In this document: positions 57,557 to 64,000 of the stretch, one piece after another
How positions within the stretch are numbered: position 1 is the first letter of the stretch
How the letters are laid out: every line of letters starts with the position of its first letter
From: Occultella glacieicola
GTDB taxonomy: Bacteria; Actinomycetota; Actinomycetes; Actinomycetales; Beutenbergiaceae
Direction: 5' to 3'
NCBI RefSeq assembly: GCF_004353825.1
Contig: NZ_SMNA01000004.1
Location: forward strand, 248,001 to 312,000
Length of the DNA: 64,000 bases
Notes under the pieces: model-generated
Databases searched by the model: none
What the model was told of the DNA's origin: nothing
Seen by the model: only the letters and a program-made list of their open reading frames with translations
Program-made: the position numbers and the translations under genes

Positions 57557-58286
57557 GTTCTGGGTCGGCACGAGCTGGAAGATGACCAAGACCCTCGGAC
57601 CGGCCCGCGAGTTCGCGCGCGGGCTACGTGCCCGGCGGGACTGGCCGGTGCGCCCGTTCGTCATCCCGCCGGCCACCGCGCTGGCCACGGTCGCCGCCGA
57701 GCTCGGCCCGGACTCCCCGGTGCGGCTCGGCGCCCAGAACGCCCACTGGGAGGACGCCGGCGCCTGGACCGGTGAGGTGTCCGTGCCGCAGGTGGCCGAC
57801 GCCGGCGCGACGATGCTGGAGATCGGGCACTCCGAGCGCCGCGAGCACTTCGCCGAGACCGACGAGCGGGTCAACCTCAAGGTGCACGCCGCGCTGCGGC
57901 ACGGGCTGCTCCCGCTGATCTGCGTCGGCGAGTCGGCCGAGGTGCGCCGGGCCGGCGGGGCCGCCGAGTTCGTTGCGGACCAGGTCCGCATGGCCCTCGC
58001 CGGGGTCCCGGACGCGGTGCCGGCGCTGATCGCGTACGAGCCGATCTGGGCGATCGGGGCCGCCGGCCGCCCGGCCCAGCCCGAGGCCGTGGCCGAGATC
58101 GCGGCGACCGTCGCAGCGGCTGCGGGTGCCAGGGCGACGGTGCTCTACGGCGGCTCGGTGGACCTGGGCAACGCGGTGGACCTGGCCCTGGTGCCCGGGA
58201 TCGGCGGCCTGTTCGTCGGGCGCGCCGCCTGGCAGGTGTCCGACTACCTGAGCATCGTCGACCGTGTGGGTGAGCGCCTCGGCTGA
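57549..58286 (+). CDS. lerI: Triosephosphate-isomerase-family tetrose isomerase (L-erythrulose-1-phosphate isomerase-like)
   Basis: WVGTSWKM in place of [45 protein letters not shown] in place of GGASL. Confidence 0.75.
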   Translation: MTEFWVGTSWKMTKTLGPAREFARGLRARRDWPVRPFVIPPATALATVAAELGPDSPVRLGAQNAHWEDAGAWTGEVSVPQVADAGATMLEIGHSERREHFAETDERVNLKVHAALRHGLLPLICVGESAEVRRAGGAAEFVADQVRMALAGVPDAVPALIAYEPIWAIGAAGRPAQPEAVAEIAATVAAAAGARATVLYGGSVDLGNAVDLALVPGIGGLFVGRAAWQVSDYLSIVDRVGERLG

Positions 58287-58298
58287 GCGGGTGGATCC

Positions 58299-58345
58299 CG
58301 TCATTGCGTCACTGACCCGCCGGACGGGTCAGCGACGCAATGACG
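58299..58345. repeat. REP-like palindrome, family 2, copy B (operon terminator position)
   Basis: 21-bp arms with 1 mismatch; core TTGCGTCACTGACCCG-N5-CGGGTCAGCGACGCAA matches 45583-45619. Confidence 0.85.
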
Positions 58346-58570
58346 TGGAGCCCTCCCGTTCCGGGCCAATTCGGACGCGTCGGCATGGTCAGCCGCCTGA
58401 CCTGGCTCCGGCCGTCCTGGTCGTACTCGGTTTCGTCGGGTACGCCGCCCGCTCGGTGCTCACCGGCTCCTGAGCCGTCCGCAGGCCCAAAGCAGGCGCC
58501 CCGCCGGTCCGCCAGGTCGCGTGACTGGAGCGATCCGTCCTGTAAGACGAGGTGTCATACAACGGTGAGT

Positions 58571-58851
58571 ATGCCAAGGGGGCACGAGCAGGCCGGGCGA
58601 CGGTTCGCCGTGGTGCTCCAGTCGGACGACCTCCCACTGTCCACCTGGGTGGTCGCGCCAACGTCCACGGGGCGGCGGGAGGCGTCGTTCCGGCCGGAGA
58701 TCACCATCGCCGGAGCGCCGACCCGGGTGCTCGTCGAACAGCTGACGGCGGTCGATCCGGAGTCAGGCTCGGGGCCAGGGTCGGGAGACTGACCCGTGAC
58801 GAGATGACCAGGATCGACAGGGCCGTGGTCGACGTGCTCGGCCTGGCCTGA
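58571..58851 (+). pseudogene. mazF: PemK/MazF toxin remnant (N-terminally short, frameshifted, no antitoxin)
   Basis: RGHEQAGRRFAVVLQSD..LSTWVVAPTST...VLVEQLTAVDPE; continuation RLGARVGRLTRDEMTRIDRAV..VLGL is in another frame (break near 58762). Confidence 0.8.
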
Positions 58852-58985
58852 TCCGGCTGACCGACCGTACGCCGGCCGGCCCATGGCTCAGCTCTGCCCG
58901 TCCGCCCACGCCCGCGCGAGCGTCGACGCGCTGGGCGTGGGTCGAACGGCGCCCGAGCGGGTCGCCGAGCCCCTACCCTGCCGGT

Positions 58986-59366
58986 ATGACCGAGGATCCG
59001 TACGCGCGCGGCGTGACCGGCTGGGGCGAGCAGGGTCCGCCGGCGCCGCCGTCGAGCGGGTTCACGGCCGGGCGGATCGTCGCGCTGGTGGCCGCCGTGC
59101 TGGTGTGCTTGCCGCTGGCGCTCGGCGTGTGGATCCTGCTGACGAGCACCGTGCTCGCCGCCCCCGGGGCGGACCAGCACGGCTACGGCCTGATCTTCGG
59201 CACCCTCCTGACGGCCGTCTGCGTCCTGCTCCTGCTGCCGGTCGTGCCGTGGATCTTCGCGGGGCGGGCCCGGAGGATCGCCGGGTTCGTGTGCGGCGCG
59301 ATCGCGGTGGCGTTCGTGCTGCTGGTCGTCGGCGTCGTGCTCTACGGCCAGCTGACCGACCCGTAG
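58986..59366 (+). CDS. Hypothetical membrane protein (3 TM)
   Basis: Three hydrophobic segments, GC3-rich codons, leaderless TACCCT-N6-ATG. Confidence 0.75.
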   Translation: MTEDPYARGVTGWGEQGPPAPPSSGFTAGRIVALVAAVLVCLPLALGVWILLTSTVLAAPGADQHGYGLIFGTLLTAVCVLLLLPVVPWIFAGRARRIAGFVCGAIAVAFVLLVVGVVLYGQLTDP

Positions 59367-59375
59367 AGCGGCCGA

Positions 59376-61652
59376 TCAGCCCTGCCCGTCCGCCCAGGCC
59401 CGCAGCGACACCACCCGGGCGCTGTCGGTCCCGTTCGTGGCGGTGACCACCAGGCGCAGCGTGCTCGCGCCGACCGGCCGCTCGAGCGGGTGCCGGCGGT
59501 GCCGGTGCCGGTTGTCGGTGACGTCGGCGAGAACCCGCCAGCCGCCGTCGACCTGCGCCTCGATCCGGTAGTCGCGGACCAGGGTGGGCAGCACGTCGAA
59601 CGGCGTCCGGTGGTGGTGCAGGTTGATGAGGTCCTCGTCGAGGTCGTCGTCGAAGATCACGGCGATCTCGGTCAGGTCCACCGGTTCGTCCCAGGTCAGG
59701 GACAGGGTGGGCTGTGGGTCGTGCGCGAGCGGCTGGGAGATCCACATCTGCGGACCGGCGAACGGCCGCGCGTACCCACCGACCGCGCGCTCGGCCGCGT
59801 ACGCGTCGGTGGGGGCCTCCAGCCGCAGGCACACCGACCCGCGTCGCAGCACCTGCTTCCACTCCCGCCACTGCTCGGTGTAGCGCTCGTCCTCGCCGGG
59901 GTCGCGGTGGGTGAACGTCAGGACGCCCGGCAGTGGGGTGCACGCCGTGTGCACCCGCACGTGGGCGTTCGCCCGCAGCACCAGGAACGCGTTGCGCGCC
60001 GAGGCCGGGCGCCACCGCGCGGGCAGGGAGACCCACTGCTTCTCACCGGCGGGCACCTCTACCGTGACCGTCTCCACCAGCTCCCGTGGGATGTAGTTCT
60101 GGCCGAGCCCGGGGTCGTGGATCTCGAGCACCAGCTCGGTGTCGGTGTCGGCGTCGATCAGGATCTCGAGGCCGTCGAGGGCCGGGTCGACCGGGACCAC
60201 GAGCCCGAGCTTGGTGGTCAGGTCGAGGATGCCCGACGGCGTCGGCGCGGCCAGGGTGCGCAGCGTCGAGGACGCGCTCACTCGCGCGGTCAACGCGGCG
60301 TCGGCCGGGTCGTCATGGACCACGCCGAGCACCGCTGCGTCGGCGCGCACCAGCGCCCGCCGGACCGAGGCGACACGGTGGGTCGCCAGCTCGCGGGGAG
60401 TGACGCCGTCGGCCACCGCGACCGCGGCCGCCACCCCGGCGGCCTCGCCGATGACCGCACAGGTGGCCATCACCCGGGTGGTGCCGAACGCCACGTGCGA
60501 GGCCGAGATGTTGCGTCCGGCCATCCACATGTTCGAGACGTTCTGCGAGTACAGCGAGCGCAGCGGGATGTGGTAGTTCCCGTCCGGGTGCCAGTGCCGG
60601 GACCCGTGCTCGGTGGCGTACATACCGCCCGGGGGGTGCAGGTCGATCGACCAGCCGCCGAACGCGACCCGGTCGTCGAACTCCTCCTGGCCGAGCACCT
60701 CGTGCTGGGTGAGCGTGTGGTCGCCGACGAAGCGGCGGTACTCGCGCTTGCCCGGCACGGAGCCGACCCACTCCAGGGTCAGGTTGTCCGCGTCGTAGGA
60801 CCCCGAGTTCTTGATGTGGTCCCAGATGCCGTACACCGCGGCCTGCAGTTCGTCGCGGATCTCCTCGTTGTCGGCGACCACGTCCCGGTCGCCGCCCCAC
60901 TCGATCCACCAGTAGTCGCAGCCGTTCGCGTCCACCCGGATGCCGCGCAGCTCGGGGATGGAGGTCCGGGTGATGTCCTTCGCGAACGTCGGCGGCACGA
61001 ACTTCACGGGGTGGCCGACGTCCTTGGTGTAGAAGAGGATCGTCGATCCGAGGGTCTCCTCGTCGGCGCGCTCCGGCGCCCAGGACTCGCCGAGCTCGGC
61101 GCGCGACTCCCGGCCGGTGCGGTACCGGGCCCCGGCCAGGAACCCGACGAGACCGTCCCCGGTGGCGTCGACGAACGAGGTGGAGGTGAACCGCAGCCGC
61201 CGCTCCGAGCCCATCTGCCAGCCGGCGACCGACCGGATCGTGCGCTCGTCCTCGGGCCCGTCCGCCTCGACCTCGCGGATGTCGGTGTTCAGGAACAGGG
61301 TGATGTTCGGCTCCGCGCGCACCGCCTCGCTCACCACCAGGTCCCAGTAGTAGGGGTTGCCGTCGGCATTCGTGAACTGGTTCTCCACGAACAGCTCGCC
61401 CATGATCCCGGTCTCCCGGGCGTAGTGCTGCACGCCGTGTGCGGTCGCCCCGCACACCCAGACCCGCACCTCGCTCGAGGAGTTCCCGCCCAGCATCGGC
61501 CGGTTCTGGATCAGGGTCACGGTGGCGCCCCGTCGGGCGGCGCCGATGGCCGCGCACACCCCGGCGAGGCCGCCGCCGACGACGGTCAGGTCCGCGTGGA
61601 CGTCCTCGGTGGGGATCACGGGCGGTTGGAAGCGCTGCGGGGCCTGGGTCAC
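59376..61652 (-). CDS. FAD-dependent oxidoreductase (FAD_oxidored/PF12831-like) with a C-terminal beta-sandwich extension
   Basis: VVGGGLAGVCAAI.AAR.G, LGGNSSSE, DATGDG, GKREYRRF.GD, WSIDLH, IPLRSL, AGRNISASH.A...TRVMATC. Confidence 0.9.
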   Translation of the reverse strand: MTQAPQRFQPPVIPTEDVHADLTVVGGGLAGVCAAIGAARRGATVTLIQNRPMLGGNSSSEVRVWVCGATAHGVQHYARETGIMGELFVENQFTNADGNPYYWDLVVSEAVRAEPNITLFLNTDIREVEADGPEDERTIRSVAGWQMGSERRLRFTSTSFVDATGDGLVGFLAGARYRTGRESRAELGESWAPERADEETLGSTILFYTKDVGHPVKFVPPTFAKDITRTSIPELRGIRVDANGCDYWWIEWGGDRDVVADNEEIRDELQAAVYGIWDHIKNSGSYDADNLTLEWVGSVPGKREYRRFVGDHTLTQHEVLGQEEFDDRVAFGGWSIDLHPPGGMYATEHGSRHWHPDGNYHIPLRSLYSQNVSNMWMAGRNISASHVAFGTTRVMATCAVIGEAAGVAAAVAVADGVTPRELATHRVASVRRALVRADAAVLGVVHDDPADAALTARVSASSTLRTLAAPTPSGILDLTTKLGLVVPVDPALDGLEILIDADTDTELVLEIHDPGLGQNYIPRELVETVTVEVPAGEKQWVSLPARWRPASARNAFLVLRANAHVRVHTACTPLPGVLTFTHRDPGEDERYTEQWREWKQVLRRGSVCLRLEAPTDAYAAERAVGGYARPFAGPQMWISQPLAHDPQPTLSLTWDEPVDLTEIAVIFDDDLDEDLINLHHHRTPFDVLPTLVRDYRIEAQVDGGWRVLADVTDNRHRHRRHPLERPVGASTLRLVVTATNGTDSARVVSLRAWADGQG

Positions 61653-62560
61653 GGGGAACCTCCGGTGGATGGGGTGGTCGGGGGTCGGGTGAGGCGTGTG
61701 GGGGCGGGGACCTTCTGACCGCCGTAGGAGACGCCGAGGCCGTCCGGGACCTTCTGCGCGACGAGGACCCAGAGCAGGGCGGTGGTGAGGGTGTCGCCGA
61801 CCCGCCCGCTGAAGTAGTCGGTCCAGGCCGTGCCCTCGCGGGTCCCGGTGAACAGGGCGACGTCGGCATCCGTGGCGAGTGACGCGGTCGGGTCACCGGT
61901 GAGGACGACCGTGTGGGCACCGTTGATGCGGGCGAGGGCGAGGAACTCGGTGGCGACCTCGTCGCGCCCGGACCGGGTCAGCGCCAGGGCCACGTCGCCC
62001 GGCTGCATGAGGCTGGCCGCGACCCGGGCCGCCTGGGCGCCCTCGTGCCACCAGACCGGCCGCCCGATCCGGAGCAGCCGCAGCGACAGCTCGTGCAGGG
62101 CGATCGAGTCGCCCCACTCACCGTAGAGGTGGATCCGGGACGCGTTCGCGAGCCAGCCCGCCGCCCGGTCCGCGGCCGCCAGGTCGATCGAGCCCAGCGC
62201 CTGCCGGGATGCGCGGTGCTGGGCCGCGACGAGCACGCCGAGGACCTGGTCGGGGGAGTCGTCGGGTTGGATCTCGGTGCCGATGTCCCGCTGCCACCCG
62301 CCCTGGACCTCGCGGCCGTGCTCGGTGGCGATCGCCGCGCGCAGCGCCGGGAACCCGTCGAAGCCGAGCAGGTTCGCGAGCCGGGTCAGCGTCGCCGCGG
62401 ACACCCCGGCCGCCTGCGCGAGCCGGGTGATCGACTCCCGGCCGGCCGCGGCCGGGTCCGCGACGATGTGCGCGGCCGCGCGCGCGGTGGCGCCGGTCAG
62501 ACCGGGCAGGGAGTCGCGCAGGGCCTGCAGGGGGCTCGTCGAGTCGGCGTGGCTGCTCAT
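61649..62560 (-). CDS. MurR/RpiR family regulator (HTH + SIS)
   Basis: SIT.LA..AGVS.ATLTR....LGFDGF; SIS domain with ALTRSG and SPLA-like SLATDADV. Confidence 0.9.
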   Translation of the reverse strand: MSSHADSTSPLQALRDSLPGLTGATARAAAHIVADPAAAGRESITRLAQAAGVSAATLTRLANLLGFDGFPALRAAIATEHGREVQGGWQRDIGTEIQPDDSPDQVLGVLVAAQHRASRQALGSIDLAAADRAAGWLANASRIHLYGEWGDSIALHELSLRLLRIGRPVWWHEGAQAARVAASLMQPGDVALALTRSGRDEVATEFLALARINGAHTVVLTGDPTASLATDADVALFTGTREGTAWTDYFSGRVGDTLTTALLWVLVAQKVPDGLGVSYGGQKVPAPTRLTRPPTTPSTGGSP

Positions 62561-63954
62561 GTGTAGAAGAATTGCGCACTTGCCCGCCCGGCGTGGTCGC
62601 TGACCAGTCGGGCCCAGTGCGCGCTGAACCCGGGCGGGAAGGTGTGGGTGACCAGGGCGCCGGGCGCCACCTCGAGGGTGGTCACCCGCCCGAACGTGCC
62701 GTCGCCGCGGGCGTCGATCTCCAGGTGCACCGTCATCGCGGTGTCGCCGTGGTTCTGCAGGTGCACGCACTTGTTGTCGAAGCCGGTCATCAGGTACGGG
62801 TCCGAGGCCTCGCCCGCATCCACGTCGGTGTCCCACCAGGGACCGCCCCACCCGGACGGTTTCCCGAACGACCACAGGTCGTCGGTCTTGCCGAAGAACA
62901 TGCCGGACTGGGGTTCCGCCGTCGTCGGGTTGAGCCCGTGGCTGGGTGAGGCGTTGTCCGCGCCGGCGACGAACATCCCGCGCCAGCTGCAGAAGTCGCC
63001 GAGCACCCACAGGTGCGTCGAGACCGGCCGCACGCCCCAGATCCGGTTCCCGTAGGCCCACGGCGAGAGCTCGTAGAACATGCCGTGATGGTCCAGGAGC
63101 AGACGCTCGTGCTCGACCTCCCGGATCCGCGGCCACTCGGTCTGCCACTTGTGGTCGAACGTGTGCGAGGCCTTCGGCAGCCGGTACCGGCGCCAGGTGC
63201 CGTCCGCCTCGGTGAACACCTCGAGGATGGCCGAGGCGGCGTCCCACCCGGACGCGAAGATGGTGCCGCCGAACTCGTGCCGCCCACCGATCGCCGTGAA
63301 CGGCTTGCGCTCCAGGATCCGCCAGGACTCGCCGTCGAACTCCGCGAGGCGCCCGCGGGCGCGCTCGCCGCGCCACTCCGGCTCGGCGTACTCGTTCGAG
63401 CACACCACGAGCCGGCCGAAGCTGGAGTAGCAGTCCTTGTAGTGGACCTTCCACTCGCCCTCGGTGTCGAGCTCGTCGTTCAGGTCCCAGGCGAGCTCGC
63501 AGGCCAGCGTGGTCAGGTCGAGGGAGAACACCTCGCCCTCCATGGTCAGCACGTACACGTGCGTGTCCGGCTCGGTCAGGTGGCGGGTGGTACCGCACAG
63601 CCGGTGCCCGGTCAGCTCCGGCACCGTGCGGATCGTGTGGTCCGGGGAGATCACGTGCGGCCCGATCACCAGGTGCCCGGTGGGGTAGTGCACGAACCGG
63701 TTCGTGTAGGTGCCGTCCACCCCGAGGGTCTCGGCCACGACCTCCATCCGCAGGTCCGCGTCGATGCGGCGCAGGCTCACCCCGGCCCCGCTCGCGGCCT
63801 TGTGCGAGTTGTAGTTCTGCACGTACAGCACGCCGTTGTAGGGCATCAGGGCGCCGACGCCGAGCTCGCTGCGCGGCGGTCCGAAGTCGCCGACCTGGGC
63901 GAGGGAGGGGAAGACGCCGGACACCTGGAGCGGCGCGTCGGTGGAGGAGGTCAT
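62557..63954 (-). CDS. Conserved-looking hypothetical protein (Trp/His-rich, beta-rich)
   Basis: 465 aa, GC3-rich codons, ATGA overlaps with both neighbours; no family I can name from motifs. Confidence 0.8.
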   Translation of the reverse strand: MTSSTDAPLQVSGVFPSLAQVGDFGPPRSELGVGALMPYNGVLYVQNYNSHKAASGAGVSLRRIDADLRMEVVAETLGVDGTYTNRFVHYPTGHLVIGPHVISPDHTIRTVPELTGHRLCGTTRHLTEPDTHVYVLTMEGEVFSLDLTTLACELAWDLNDELDTEGEWKVHYKDCYSSFGRLVVCSNEYAEPEWRGERARGRLAEFDGESWRILERKPFTAIGGRHEFGGTIFASGWDAASAILEVFTEADGTWRRYRLPKASHTFDHKWQTEWPRIREVEHERLLLDHHGMFYELSPWAYGNRIWGVRPVSTHLWVLGDFCSWRGMFVAGADNASPSHGLNPTTAEPQSGMFFGKTDDLWSFGKPSGWGGPWWDTDVDAGEASDPYLMTGFDNKCVHLQNHGDTAMTVHLEIDARGDGTFGRVTTLEVAPGALVTHTFPPGFSAHWARLVSDHAGRASAQFFYT

Positions 63955-64000
63955 TTGATCCCGGTGTGGGTGAGGGCCTGCACGAACCGCTTCTGCAGGA
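63951..64000 (-). CDS. C-terminus of a carbohydrate ABC permease (MalG-like; continues beyond window)
   Basis: Minus strand reads ...LQKRFVQALTHTGIK*, the typical QxxFxxG...GxK permease end. Confidence 0.8.
   Translation of the reverse strand, partial: LQKRFVQALTHTGIK

Noticed and set aside
57098..58286. Housekeeping rpiB and tpiA
   Set aside because: The TIM-like protein has GTSWKM and GRAAW in place of canonical GNWKM and GGASL, and the DAK context points to tetrose-phosphate isomerases.
58384..58473. Short hydrophobic reading (DLAPAVLVVLGFVGYAARSVLTGS*) as a small membrane protein or gene remnant
   Set aside because: No credible start or RBS, and too short to assign without a search.
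713..63598. Numerous long overlapping or antisense ORFs in the track (e.g. 5460-7049, 18890-20815, 25109-26995, 59490-61718)
   Set aside because: Expected stop-poor shadow frames in very GC-rich DNA; they have no motifs and overlap well-supported genes.
1..64000. tRNA, rRNA, riboswitch, prophage or anti-phage defence genes
   Set aside because: None recognisable by eye. Intergenic gaps are short and mostly explained by operators or hairpins; an Infernal/Rfam and DefenseFinder run would be needed to exclude them formally.

Overview
This is a high-GC actinobacterial chromosomal segment (Micrococcales-like gene content; taxonomy is inference) with about 55 genes, mostly accessory transport, catabolism and regulation. 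In order: an ABC exporter with a DesK/DesR-like two-component system; F420/PPOX, DUF899, TetR-MMPL and Pr6Pr genes; a FadR-regulated sugar-acid ABC/ManD module; a DUF222-HNH gene behind a PafBC-type DNA-damage promoter; a patch of resistance- and immunity-like genes (APH-like, MFS, MarR, SUFU, ANT-like, GNAT); a LacI-regulated sugar ABC/ThuA/oxidoreductase operon; an orphan ankyrin lipoprotein; an internally deleted rhamnogalacturonan-lyase-like gene with a binding protein and DeoR/LacI regulator; an IclR-regulated LigB-type aromatic ring-cleavage cluster with a CoA-dependent lower pathway; a GntR-regulated GH39/ABC operon feeding an erythrulose (LerK/LerI/DerI-like) route; a decayed MazF toxin; and the end of a further sugar operon (unknown protein, RpiR, FAD oxidoreductase). 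I found no rRNA, tRNA, CRISPR array, integrase or transposase. The best candidates for something undescribed are: (i) an inferred oxidative-decarboxylating sugar-to-erythrulose pathway; (ii) the non-canonical ring-cleavage cluster; (iii) a 53-bp tandem duplication that creates a chain of translationally coupled minigenes; and (iv) two different palindrome families, each pair bracketing a whole catabolic module. All functional calls come from reading motifs; no database search was run.
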